DNA of 63,164 nucleotides, filler included, from Octopus bimaculoides (Eukaryota), in NCBI RefSeq assembly GCF_001194135.2. It is 9 parts of 9 records of this genome, joined end to end, with 100 filler letters (N's around TTAATTAATTAA, not from the genome) between each part and the next. Parts side by side here need not be neighbours in the genome. Positions count along the whole stretch, not along the records: positions 1 to 27,948 come from NC_068998.1; 8 more parts are not named here. One strand, given 5' to 3'. Shown here in pieces: positions 1-13,530 of the stretch; positions within the stretch are counted from its first letter, which is position 1, and every line of letters starts with the position of its first letter. Position numbers and translations under genes: made by a program. The notes beneath the pieces are model-generated. The model searched no databases, was not told where the DNA came from, and saw only the letters and a list, made by a program, of their open reading frames with translations.

Positions 1-745
1 TATGACCAATTAGATTACGTGACTGAACAAAAATAACCCATCCCCACTTCGCGCAGGATTTTAACTACTCCAGCATGGTTGAGTAGTCATCGATCGGACG
101 CTTTTGATCACAGAGGTCTACTCGAACAAGTTTGTTTGGGATTCAGCAGCAGCAACAACAACAACAAACGTAGTTATTAATATAAGTAAAGCGAAATAAA
201 TTGAAGCTTCCTTTTACCATGGAATGCACCGTTTCCTAAACGATGGAGAAACTTCTTTTCCGCAGCTAACTGAAAAGAAGTAACGTGGAACGGGGATAAA
301 ATGTGTCGCTAGCGACAACGAAACACAAGTTGCACACCTGAACAACTCGTGACCCGGTAATCCGTTAGCTTTTGACCCAGTAATCGAGTCACCCGTACAA
401 TCATTTTCCTCAACATGTTACAAGTATTAATGTAATATACAATTATGAAATCTCTGTGTTGGGAAGTATGATGCAATTTTTAAATAATCGTAGAACCATA
501 GTGAAGAATTTTTCTTTTTATGTTATTCTTCCTCTTATGACATTATGTCTTATGTCTTATAGAAACACTTTCTCGCTGCCAATTTAGTTTGCTATTTACT
601 TAGAAGCGATTTCCCAAAGCGGCGCATCACTTCAACGATTCAATCTAGGATTAATAAAAAAGAATAACCCTCTCTCTGCCAAGCTTCCCTCATCACTCTG
701 ACACAAATCTAGTTTATATAAGATGTTAACACACACATTAACACA

Positions 746-798
<53 letters not shown>

Positions 799-3700
799 AC
801 ACACACACGCGCGCGTGCATACATATATACATAAAAACATACATACATACACACACACAATGCATACATACACACATATGCCTTCGTAGGAGAGTAAATT
901 GTAAGAACATATCTATCTTCTTTTTTTATTATTTGATTATTCGGTTTTCTGTTAAATGGATTTTCCCATAACACAAACACCTATATGCGTCTTTTCATTG
1001 AAATACAACGTCGACTATTTTATTCAACTAAGGCACAAAGCTTTCTCGCCAGCAACAAATGGTAAATTGAATTTACTGCAAGTAACATCATCCATAAATT
1101 ACTGCTATGTATTTCAACAGGACAATGAGAAAGCTGATGCAATCATATTATGTAAAGCTCAAGATTTAGGGTTATTAATGTCACTAAATAAAGGAAATAA
1201 AGTGACCAGAAAATCATAAAAAGCATGTTCAGTGTTACTCTATTTCCAGTTGATATTATAGTCGTTTAACCCCAGGTCAGCCCTGATCGAATAAAACCAT
1301 GGAATATCCACCATAGTATTCCTGAAGTGAATATTCCGCCTTTTCTTTTTTGTATCCTTAAATGTAGTAAATCCATACCAAATTATCGAACGCGTCTTTT
1401 TCAAAGGAATGAGGATGGGAGAGTTTAGCGGAGAGGATAAGAGGATTGGATTTGGGGAAGATAAGTGGAGATTTGGAAACAGGAACGAAACAGTGCCATA
1501 ACGAAATGTTGAACAGTCGTTACTTCCGTTTATCTACATTTTGGACTACGTAACAATTAAAGACATTATAAAGAGAGCCAACTCAAGACCACTTAGCGAA
1601 ATCAGTGTTGTTATTTCTTCATATTCGGCCTCTACCCTTGTATTATCCCCTGAACTCTGTTAAATGTCATTCAAGGTATGTTAATTCCTTATTTAAGTAT
1701 CGCATATTTAAACATACCTTCATATATGTCTTACCTTTATCACTATATAAAGTAAAATTTGAGAAGAATATGGTTGTCATTTCTAGTAGGACAAAAGACC
1801 GTTTACAGGTCCTATCTTTTTCTCGCTTTGTTGTGTGCATTGTTGGGGTTTAATATGTCATATTACAAACACAATTAATAAGCCTTGAGAAAGGCTTAAA
1901 CACCACAAGATACAATTTATTCCTCTTATTCATTGACGAACTTTGTATCAAGTCAAACCTAGTCTAAATTCATTAATTCTTTGACATAAAAATAACGAGA
2001 AAATATTCAAGTTCACTGCTATCCACCCGCCTCCTTATTAGCAACTAGTTTTGCTAAACACGCAACTTCAACACCCGATTTTTCCCGTTTAAGAAACGTA
2101 GGGGAGAACCGTATTTCGTTTCTCTTCTAATTTGTTATAGTTATGTAGTAAAGACATCGTCGTTCCGTTGAGATGCTGAAACAAACAACTTTGAAACATT
2201 AGACGGACAGAAGGACATTACTTACCGTTTTCCTAACACTTCTCTGCGATATTTCGGCACTATAGGAAATAATAAAGTCGTTTCACGGTTATTTATCAGA
2301 TAGGATTCTTCTAATTAACGTTTTCACATGAAGTAGATGGATTATATTACTTTGTGGGTAATATATTATAAAGCTGGTGTGATTAGTAATTTGATGTAAT
2401 GATTTAAACATTGCTTTCAGCCATGACTTTGACTCGATTCAATTAAGTCGTCGTTTAAAAGAGGGAAAATGCATTTCGTCTTGCCATAAACTGGTTGTGA
2501 TTTCAATTTATCATGAAAAATAAACCTTGAAATTAATTCGCAGATAGATAAGAGGAAATTAGTTCGATGCTTGTATAAAGGAGGGGGGTTTAGTAAATTG
2601 GTCCAATAAATATTTTATTACTATTGTCAATTGTTCTTAATGCTCTCGACTTTGCTAAATATTCCTTTTCAAGATCTTCATTTTCTCACATGATGAAACA
2701 TTTCCAAATATAATTGAGTTTATGCTCATATGACATTACGTGAAAAAGCATCATGTTACAAGTTCGCTAATCATTCCGCTAAAATCTCACGAAAGCTACT
2801 TTAAACATTAGCATATGTAAATGAAACATTTCATTGCTTTTGTTCCTGTGGATAATATAAAGTGATTTGCAGGCTTAAGTGCAATATTTTATCTTGCCTT
2901 GGAATAGCAAGCAAGAGGATAAAGTACGATTGAATCTAGGGAGGCTGAATCTATATTTGTTTATAAATGGAAGCATTTACATGCAGAGACTATTCCTTGA
3001 CAAATGTATCTTTTAACTCCCACTAATCATTACAAAAATCTCATTAAAGCCTCAGCTGAAGATTCGGTATTCCTAAAATGCAATACAAAATGGTAAACAT
3101 TAACTGGACTCGAACTTTCACCCTTGGCTTTATAGAGAACGATAAAAAAAAATTTCGTTTACCATCAAAAGAAAAATAAGAGTTATAATAGAACGATTCT
3201 AAGAGATGAAAACAGAAAAACAAATTAGGATACGGGAATGATAATTTTTTTTTTTTTTTTTTTTTCACTATCAATTTATCAATTTATATCAACTTATCAT
3301 TTTATCAGTGTAGAAATTTCATATCAATTTATCAATTGAGAGACGTGATTCAAATTCTGCACAAAAGAAGTAACAACTTTACCATGGAATTACTGTTCTG
3401 TCCACGAAGAAAAAAATGAAATTGAATACGGCAAAAATTCATTCTTCTTCCCACACTTGAAATAGATTCACACGTTTTGCTAACGACAAAACCCATGATA
3501 TAGTAAAATAAATTGACAATAACACTTTGAACTGAACGCCATAAATTCATTCTAGAAACTATAACAATAAAATACAGTATCAGTCACAGATTACTGTTCT
3601 ATCCCAAAGAGAATTAATTCCCAGAATTTCACAAGTACATCTGACCTTTTCTTCTTTGTTTATCAAAAATCTGCATTCGCAGTTTATTCTTTTAAAACGT

Positions 3701-4419
3701 TCTATTCAAAAGACACATTTTTAAAAGCGAACCAAGTCTTTGTATTTCACATATTGTTTCCATACACATAAATAAAATAACAATATAAATTATTTGAAAT
3801 GTAATTTATGTTGGCTACTCTTGATTAGCTGCAGATGAATTATAACAGAACACACTAACCATCAAAGGTATGGTGGTGGATTAGCAGAGTCGTTAGGGGA
3901 TTTCAAACAAAGCCTTATCGGAATTTGCTATACATGTGTACCTCCTCAGTTCATATCCCACCGAGTTGAACTTCATTCTTCAATCCTTCTGCAACATTAA
4001 CCACCAGTTAAGTTGTTTCTTCACTCCACACCCCTTCACACCTCTCTCAGAGAATCTGCCACGCTGATGGGACCAAAATGCCAGTACTCCCATCGCGGGC
4101 CCTGCAATTCCCTCACCACCACATTGAGGTGTTACATTGTGGAAGATGCGCCTTGATTTGGGAATTGTAAGTTTACGAGAGGAAGTTTTTTCATACTTAC
4201 CAAAGACCCGCCTACACGATTGGGGATTACCCGATGAGCACACGATACATTCCTGTTCTCAAATAATATTGACAGTCAAATGAGCAAGGTACTTATTGCC
4301 GTCGAAATCACCAGACAAATGGTATTTTGCTTAATGAGTTTGAGGTCCATTTGGCACAGTTTTTTTCAGTCTGTTTCTTTTTTTTTGTGTTTTTTTTTCG
4401 AAATTAAGAATAATAATAA

Positions 4420-4580
4420 TAATAATAATAACATCGAAAAATACCTTAGGAATGAGAACCCAGGTTCGAAATTTCCCCAAGACACCTGATGAAGGCTGGA
4501 GGGCATATCAGCCGAAACGTTGTGTTAACAGCAAACAAGATGAGGACAAATATCCGTCAAATGTAAATAATGTAAATAAT
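4420..4580 (+). mobile_element. Penelope-like element (PLE) terminal/pseudo-LTR fragment carrying the hammerhead
   Basis: Hammerhead in the CCTGATGAAGGC...GCCGAAACGT context typical of PLE termini, followed by a duplicated ATGTAAATA tail. No ORF adjacent; boundaries approximate. Confidence 0.55.
4481..4526 (+). ncRNA. Minimal type I hammerhead ribozyme motif
   Basis: Sequence gacac-CTGATGA-a-ggctg(gagggcatat)cagcc-GAAA-cg-TT-gtgtt. Stem I gacac/gtgtt (one G.U), core CUGAUGA 4486-4492, stem II ggctg/cagcc, GAAA 4514-4517, loop-less palindromic stem III (CG), NUH triplet GUU 4519-4521. Confidence 0.8.
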
Positions 4581-5574
4581 ATGACCATTACATCTTTTTT
4601 TTTTCACAGTGTACAAATAGACTATATTTTCTAGTGCATAATTCATTTTTAAGACAAGAAGTGATCTGACGGAGAATTGGCTGCTATTGAAAGCAAATGG
4701 TGAGAACTGATTACGTACCGGGCTCCCGCATTAGCTCCACCATATCTAATTTTTCAGTTCATATAGAAAATATCAGCTACAAGTAAATTGTTGTTTGGTG
4801 GGGTGGCATTTCCTTATTAGTATGCAAATGATGAATTATAGCTCTTCAAGGAAATACTGATACTTGAATATTTCCGATATCAACCTGAACAGAAATTAAA
4901 TAGGAAAATATTACTAATTACTCTTAAAATACTGTTGATAATAACGCATAAATATAGCCGAGGTATCGCTAAGTGCTAACAAGATATTAACTGTTGATTA
5001 GCATTTAATAAACTATTACATCTCCACACAATTATGATGCACTTTCGGCCATAATTTGCACAATTAGATTTTCTCATAATAAACTTTATTCGGTTTCGTT
5101 TTACTTTAATTTAGATTTCCTTACACCTAATTATCAGGCAAATTTAGATTAATTTCAGGTTTGCATGCAGCTAAAAGTTTACGATTTCAGACCCGCCATC
5201 GGTTCATGATTCGGTTAAGTTGTAATACACCTGTATCAAATCTAAAACTAAATGTATCGAGTGGATTAAACTCTTTAAGAACTCTACTTTTCAAAATACA
5301 ATGATTAATTCATTGTCGTTGCAAAAAGTTCAATGTGAAGCTAAGTCAAACAGCAATTATTGTTGTTTAGCTGAAACAAAAACAAAAACTGAATCAATTA
5401 AGAGGTGTTCTTGGAATATAATAGTCTCCTTCATTAGTAGATAGTAACAAGCAAGTACTCCAAATGTACTCAGCTTCATTAATGGCAAGTCAAATGAGGA
5501 AAGAGAAATATAATTATGGAGAGAATTCCCGCAAGATACGTTATTGCGCAAGGTATTCTTCATCAGGTAAGCAG

Positions 5575-5673
5575 CAAGGATATTTCTGGGCAGGTGTTAT
5601 ACAGAGTACTTTCAAAATCTCAAGGATATTTCTGGGCAGGTGTTATACAGAGTACTTTCAAAATCTCAAGGAT
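5575..5673. repeat. Perfect 46-bp tandem duplication (2.15 copies)
   Basis: caaggatatttctgggcaggtgttatacagagtactttcaaaatct at 5575-5620 and 5621-5666, then caaggat. Confidence 0.95.
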
Positions 5674-5811
5674 CATTGTACTACTTATAGAAGAGAAAAT
5701 GAGAGGCCAGAGATCAGCAAGAGGCAAGAAGGGTACATATATAAATACATACACACACAAATATATAAAGCATGTATAATACATATACATATATAATTCA
5801 TGTGGTGTAGG

Positions 5812-5851
<40 letters not shown>

Positions 5852-6127
5852 TACCAAGTGTCGAAGGCCGATACGCACTCTCCCTCCCTTCTTAATTTCC
5901 ACGATAGAATATCACATTCCTACTTGGCTCCTAGCCTGTTCTCTCTGTCTCTCTCATTCTTTCGCTTTCGCACTGCCTTAAAACCTTTCTACATCTTCCC
6001 ATCGAGAATTTACGTGCGGGACATATCACATTTTTTTTCTTTCCATTCAAACTAATCATTTCTTTCTTATGCTTTGTTCGTCCTGTATTTCCCATTTTTA
6101 TTGTTGATTGTATTAATGTTGTATACA

Positions 6128-6173
<46 letters not shown>

Positions 6174-7419
6174 AATGTGTGTGTGTATGTCCGTTCCTGA
6201 TAAACCTATGTAGCTTCTTTCATCTTCTCTTGGTATATATATACATATATATATATATGAGAGAAAGAGAGGGGAGAGGTTAAGGATGTATAGAGAGAAA
6301 GAGAGGGGAGAGGTTAAGGATGTATAGAGAGACAGACAGAAGGACAAGAGTGCGTGTAATTTTTCACAAAGAGCAACAGTTACATTGGTGTGAGTTATAC
6401 AATCTGAAAATTATTAAAATTCTCTTTGCTACAATCGTCTAAAACCAAGTTATTTACTAGCACGGATATCTTTATGAAATAATTATGAAAACAACCAATT
6501 CTCAATAATAACTTTAACTCTCTGACAACAGAGAGCTAACAACAAACAACATTTAGAATATAAAAGATTAAAGTTAAAAGTGCCTAGAATTACAATCAAC
6601 AAAAACGAAACGTTCATTAGTTTGTTGGTTAACTTTAGAAGTGCCGAAACGTAAAAAGATAATATTTTGTTTAGTAATGTTTGTCGAGAAATTTATAAAA
6701 TAATATATAAAGGGAGATAACACTTTGATGGTAGAAAGGTCGATCTGGTCAAAGTCGGCCATATTGAATTTCGTTAATAACGATTTACGATGCAGTCTCT
6801 TTGATCTGAAAATCTAAAACTGGTTTTGATAACGAAACTATGCATCGTAACAAATCATAATGATATTATGCTATATTATAAAATATAATGTAATATAATA
6901 TAACGTATATGAATGTTCGAAATTTGGTTTTAATCGAAATCATTTTCAATTTCCATTGCGAACACATCGTACAATGCCACAGAAGTTTCCTATTAGCAAA
7001 GTCATAATCCACGGTCACCTATTTTGAAATATGCTTTCATACTTTTCATACAAATTAACGCCTACAATACGCATATTTCAGCATAGATATTTTATATAAT
7101 GACTATGTAGATTCATTCATGAGATTGTGCTCGTTTATTGAATAGGATAAGCTATAAACTGAAGGAATAAATTTGTTGATGAACAAATTCATTTATATGG
7201 ATTAGATAAAAGGTCGATTGCTACATATGTACTTTTACTTCTCAGATGCATGCGCGTGTGTGTGTCTGCGTGCGGGTTGGTGTGTATGAGTGTGTGTGTG
7301 CGTGTGAGTGTTCGTGGTCGTGGTGGTGGTGAGGGGACTATGTGTCTTTAGTTTATGCACATTCTTCAGACGACACTCCGGTTAAAGAGCAAAAGTAATA
7401 GCAACAAATATATGTGGGA

Positions 7420-7525
7420 TGCAGTGCAAGTGTGTGCGGGCAAGCGACTTGTACTATAGGGCCGAGATGAACAATGCCTTGTGAGTGAATTTAGCAGAAG
7501 AAAACTGTGTGGAAAGCCATAAAGT

Positions 7526-7607
<82 letters not shown>

Positions 7608-7800
7608 CGCGTGTTTGTACATCTTTGTGCCTGTGTTTGCTAGCGCAATACTGATTCTCAACCGCTGTTGGTTTGTTTACGTAACCGTAACTCAGCGATA
7701 AAATAAGTTCTAGGATTTGAAAACATAAGTACTAGACTCCACTTGTTCCAGGTGGCGTCTCACGATGGCCGCAATCCAATCAATGGAACAAATAAAAGTT
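7420..7800 (+). mobile_element. SINE family A, diverged copy with internal (TA)n
   Basis: gggcaag...actatag...gccttgtgagtgaattt domain, (TA)n at 7528-7602, body, and a tail similar to the 52793-53182 copy. Confidence 0.7.
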
Positions 7801-7864
7801 AAAAAATAAAACAAGAAATCGTTCGGCTGTCTTCTTGTTTTATCAAACTTCATCGCTTTGTACA

Positions 7865-9731
7865 AGTAATAAAGGTTTCAAATACTGGCACAAGGTTAGC
7901 GATTTAGGGGGATGGTGTAAATTAGTTTCATCGACCCCAGTACTCAACTGGTTCTTTATTTTGTCGCCCTCGAAAGAATGAAAGGCAAATTTGACCTCAA
8001 CGGAATTTGAACTCAGAACGTAAAGACTTATGAAATGCCACAACGCATTTTGCCCGGCGTGCAAAGGGTTCTGCCACTTCTCCGCTTTCCTTCTAAAAGT
8101 GATAATTACTTCTAGGATAGACAACAAACTATAGGCTTAGGGAAAGGGAGAGTATTCTTGTGGTCATTTATTTTTGCCGCCCTGGAGAGGTGGAAACAAA
8201 TTTTGATCACAACACATGATTTTCCTTAACAATATACAGCAAGGCATTTTGCAGGGAATCTATCGTGTCTGGTTATCCAACCCTTCCTGCAAGAAATAAT
8301 CTTAATTTTTTTGCCGAGTTACTGGGCCAAAAATTTGGCAGGAAGGAAAAGTTAATTTTCTGGCCTCCAGGATTTTGTTGATTGGTAATTTATTAACGAC
8401 AGAAGGATAAAATACAAAGTTAGCTTCGGCGGGATATGAACACGTAACGTAAAGTTTCGGAACAAATAGCAAAAGGTATTTATAGATGCTTTCATGCTTC
8501 TGTTAATCCACATTCTCCGAATAATATTGAGAAAGGTAAGGTTCTTTTAGTAGGACAATGGTTTCTACAATGATGGACAAAATCTTGATTTTTTTCATTC
8601 AATATACAACTAATATGTTTATTGAACTCAAATTACAATTTGAATATTGTTGTTGTTTTATTAGTTAATCCGATAAACAAATATATTATTTAGATATTTG
8701 TCTAATGAAAAACTGGTAAATAATTTGTTAATTCCTCTGCTGAGAAGATTATGGAATATTCTTAATATTGTTTCAGCTAACTCTTCTGAGACAATGGATA
8801 AATTATAAGAAACATATTGCAGGAACAATATCTCAAGAGGTCAACGTTAGTAGTAGTAGTAGTAGTAGTAGTATTTAGAAATTTTGACTCAAGGCCAGTA
8901 GTTTTGGGAGAGAGGCTCAACTCCAGTGCTCAAAGGACACTCTTTTTACCGACCACAAAAGGATAGAAGGCAAGACTGACGTCGGCGGAATTTGAACTCA
9001 GAACGTAAGGACGGACGGAATACCGCTGAACATTTTACCCAGCTTGCAGAACGTGAAGAAGGACGAACAACGTTAGTAAATTTGGTTTCACATTTTGACA
9101 GAACCGCAGAAATTTCGAAGAAGGGTTAAGTCGATTACATCGACCCCAGTATTCACCTTGTACTTATTTTAGATGTGACAATTTGGCACGGCTGACTGGA
9201 CATTGCACCACAAACAACTTTACTTTTCATCTCCTTGGAATTGTTAAAAATAAAGATACAATCCAGTGTTGTGGTTTGCAGAAATTAGTTGCACGCTAAC
9301 TAGATTTTTTTCTGGAACATTTTTAACGGTCTTTAAGGTTCCCTGTTCGCCTGCGATGACATTGTTGGCAAAATAGTACCTCCTTGCTCCGCTTTGATGC
9401 ATATACAGTCTTGCCTTTCCCTTGGACAATAAGAGACGCGTAAAAATGGGACACTTCTGGTATGGACAACTGTTATTCTTAATAAACAAATGAACCGTTG
9501 CCTCAGCCGGCAACACCGACAGAATTAGCCATGTATATGCTCTCTATTATAGGCACAAAGCCTGGAATCTTACATCGATTCCAGTGCTCGACTGGTGCTT
9601 ATTTCATAGACTCCGAGAAGAGGAAAAGTAAAGTCGAGGTCGGCGGGGTATGAACTCAGAAAAGGTAAAAACGAACGAAATGCTGCTAAAAATTTTATCC
9701 GGTGCGCGAACGATACTGCAAGCTCGCCACC
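7865..9731 (-). mobile_element. Cluster of SINE family B copies (about 7865-8088, 8885-9050, 9541-9731, plus degenerate pieces)
   Basis: Each matches the reverse complement of aaggcggcgagctggcagaatcgttagc...gttctgagttcaaattccgccgaggtcgactttgcctttcatcctttcggggtcgataaa...gtacca. Confidence 0.85.
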
Positions 9732-10661
9732 CTAGGAAACCAAGTGTAGAAATAGCTAGCAAGCTCCGTTCGACGCAGCTCGAAAAGGTTCACGTTAGGC
9801 ACGTCTCTCTACTTCTTATCGTGGCCTGTAACGTATTTATTAACGAATGGAACTTATAATATATATTTCGAGATATTAGAAACTTCAAAACTTATGTTTC
9901 CCATATTAAAAATGTTTTCCAAGTGTATTGAAGAAGATTAAACTGACGCACTGGCCAGCTGGAGCGAATAACAAGTTGGTTTTTTTTACACTTATTCTTC
10001 ATTTCCTTCTATTTCTTATTATTAGTATTATTTTTCTGTTTGCTTTGTGTTTCGTTTTCACTAATTCCGAATTGTTTTAATATCTTTCTGCAAAATTCAA
10101 AGGCTTTTGTTTTTTGATTTTTTTATAATTTTATTTTATTGTTTTATTTGTTTATTTATTTTCTTTTTCACTGAGAATTAATCGTTGGCTACACAATTTC
10201 AAGACAATAAGCAATAAGAAGACAGAACTGTACAATAATCTATTGTTTCAAGTTTGTTAAAAGGCGGGACGGGGCGAAAACCTGTGATCTCAGAATTTCA
10301 GCCATTTTATTCATTCTATATATTGTATTTGTTTATACACACATACATACATAAATATGTGTGCGTATATATATATATATATTACATTTTATTTAGAATA
10401 TTAGATTTTTCACTTCAGTGAACATGGTGTTGCATCAAAATTGTATTGTTCATTCTTTACAAGAATATCCAACTTCTTAAGATGACGCTGAAAGCATTTA
10501 CCATTTTTTTGTTTGTTGCTTGTTTATTTGCTTATATAAGGCCATATTCCTCGTTAATATTTCGTCTTTTATTGTTACATCTCTATTACAAGTAATTTTC
10601 ATTTTCTCTCCGTCGCCAAATTAATTTATTCAGTCACTAAGCAGAGCAGACAGTACGCATA

Positions 10662-10708
<47 letters not shown>

Positions 10709-11659
10709 NNNNNNNNNNNNNNNNNNNNNNNNNNNNNNNNNNNNNNNNNNNNNNNNNNNNNNNNNNNNNNNNNNNNNNNNNNNNNNNNNNNNNNNNNNNN
10801 NNNNNNNNNNNNNNNNNNNNNNNNNNNNNNNNNNNNNNNNNNNNNNNNNNNNNNNNNNNNNNNNNNNNNNNNNNNNNNNNNNNNNNNNNNNNNNNNNNNN
10901 NNNNNNNNNNNNNNNNNNNNNNNNNNNNNNNNNNNNNNNNNNNNNNNNNNNNNNNNNNNNNNNNNNNNNNNNNNNNNNNNNNNNNNNNNNNNNNNNNNNN
11001 NNNNNNNNNNNNNNNNNNNNNNNNNNNNNNNNNNNNNNATATATATATATATATATATAATATACATAAATACAAATATGACTACATACGTGTACATCTG
11101 AATGTATGTATGTATCTAAGTATTATATAGATAACCAATTTTCAATATATTCTAATAAAAATATCCAGAGCCATTTTTCTTCTTGTCTTTTATCAAAGAG
11201 ACATAACCGCTGATTTTCGTACTCCAATTCTAATATTAGCCTGCTGTTCGCTTCATTAAACCATCCAATAGTGCTTATTAAAACAAAGAATACTAGATAA
11301 CTTAATGAAAGGACTATTGAAAAGAAACACGGGCTATTATTGTTGGAAATTACATCAGATTGGCGAGAATAAGTCTAATGGAACTAACACCAGAAATATA
11401 TTTTGTAAATATGATACGAAACTGTCTTCTAGTTTCTTTCATGGTAATTCATCACTACTGTATACAAAACCCCCCACACACACATACACACACATATATA
11501 TACATATGTGTGCGTGTGCGCACGAATATATGTAGATAGAAATATAGATAGGTATACATATACTCACACATAGATAGATAGAGAGATAGATAGACAGACA
11601 GACAGACAGACTGACCGACAGACAGACAATCCTTAAAATTATCTATTTTAATTTTAAAC

Positions 11660-11830
11660 ACTCGCTTGTTTCAGTCATTCGACTGCAACCATGCTGTTGC
11701 ACTGCACTGAATGGCTTATTCGAACACTCCCAGTCTTTATTTTTTAAACCTGGCAATTAATCTATCGATCTTTTTAGCTCAGCTGCTAGATTATGGAAAT
11801 GTAAATAAACTAATACCGGTTATCAAGAGG
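11660..11830 (-). mobile_element. SINE family A 3' half, diverged
   Basis: cttgtttcagtcattcgactgcaaccatgctg... matches the tail seen at 58921-59115. Confidence 0.75.
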
Positions 11831-12151
11831 TGAGGAAATAATACTTTAGTTAACTAAAGACTTGTTTTGTTTGCGCTTTTCCCTCCGGTTTTTTGTTCTA
11901 TGTATGCCATAAATATCGCCATCCGTTTAGAGAAAAATTTGTAGTTTAGAATCAGTAGTTCTTTAACTGCTATTTCTAAATTTTCAGTATGTTGGAGAAG
12001 CAACTCAATGCTAATCCCTGTATATTTATGATTATATATATNNNNNNNNNNNNNNNNNNNNNNNNNNNNNNNNNNNNNNNNNNNNNNNNNNNNNNNNNNN
12101 NNTATATATATATATATATATATATTATTTACATTATTTACATTCACCACA

Positions 12152-12280
12152 TCTTTCTCTCACTCTTTGCCCCTGCATCTAGCAGCTCACCTGAGATGGA
12201 TTGGCGTCCCGTCCACGTGGGGAACCTATACACCAATGAAGCCGGGAAACCGGCCCTTATAAGCCAAGCATGGCTCGACA
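12152..12280 (+). mobile_element. Fragment of the V-SINE-like family seen at 52359-52662
   Basis: gatggattggcgtcccgtcc...ggggaac...ccgggaaaccggccc matches the reverse complement of 52385-52500. Confidence 0.7.
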
Positions 12281-13065
12281 AGGAACAAACAGCAACAAAT
12301 CAATTTTTAGACCGAAATATACAGGTGGAAAAGTTAGGTCAACTTGTAAACTGAAATGTGTTTGAAGAATAGAAAATTCCATGTGGGATAGATTTGGAAT
12401 AGATGGTCGAATGCTTACGCTACATGTGTAATTTAAATGTTTGTACTAAATTTTTGCACTATATATTACATAGAGTTGTATGCCGGAAAATACGGTAATG
12501 CATATTTTCCTTATTGAAGACAATAAAGTCGGATTTGAGGAAGATTTGTTTGTCAGTTCTAGCGAGTCGAGCACCAGTATGATGGCGCCCTCTGATGATG
12601 ACGTCAAACCTATTTACCAGATACAAAATGTCGAAGTCAATAATTAAGGGAACCAAAAAACTTGATAATTAAACATTATCTAAAGCTTTTTGAAGATTAT
12701 AAAAAAAATACATTAATGTAATTATATCCCCAGCTCAGAATATGATTTCACTTGATTCTTTCATAATATTAGATTAAATTTCCCGTTCATTTTACTTATT
12801 CTCTGCCATTCTCTGGTTCTTAGAAAATACATTATCGTCACAACGTTTCATTTTATTCCGCCATCGCTACCCCAGTCCCGCAACCTCTAAAAATACAGGA
12901 AACATTGTTCCTATTCAATAGAAATCAATATTAAAATTGCTCTCTTTGATTGAATATGTTAACAAAAGCTCGAGTTTAATAAGTAATTTTAACCTAATTA
13001 TCAGGAGCTGAAAGAAAGCGTCTCTCTTAGATGTTTTAGCTGGCATTATTGAGAGAGAGAACAGA

Positions 13066-13530
13066 AAGCGGCGAGCTGGCAAAATCGTTAAAATGCAGGA
13101 CAAAATTTTTGGCACTGGGGCCGATGCAATTATCTAACCCTCGTCTCTCAAAATACCAACCCTTGTCCGTAATAACAGAAAGGATTGTTAGGAGAAGAGA
13201 AGGTAGCGAGCCATTAGAATTGGTGAAGCATCGAGCAAAACACTTTGCGACATTTCTTCCGGCACTTTATGTTCTGAGTTCAAATTGACTTTGCTTTTTA
13301 TCCTTTTGGGATCGATAAAATAACAATCGAAACGATGTACTCGACTAGCTCACACCCCTCTCTCACATAAATTTCCGGCCTTTTTCTTATATACTATGAG
13401 TTCAAGTCCCACCGAGTTTAAATTTGCTTTTCATCCCTTGATAAAATAACGTACCAGTAAGATACTGAGAGTGGGGGATATTGAGTCCCTTTTCCCTCTG
13501 GAAATTGTTGGCCTTATTCTTAAACCGGAA
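13066..13530 (+). mobile_element. SINE family B fragments (13066-13110, 13200-13385, 13395-13530)
   Basis: aaagcggcgagctggcaaaatcgtta head; gttctgagttcaaatt...ttgcttttta tccttttgggatcgataaaa core. Confidence 0.7.

Noticed and set aside
9244-9516. 90-aa minus-strand ORF MLPAEATVH...
   Set aside because: It starts at a non-ATG codon, has no recognisable motif or clear splice signals, and its length is compatible with chance.
10255-10285. GC-box pair (aggcgggac, ggggcg) as a promoter
   Set aside because: Short motifs with no linked first exon are insufficient evidence.
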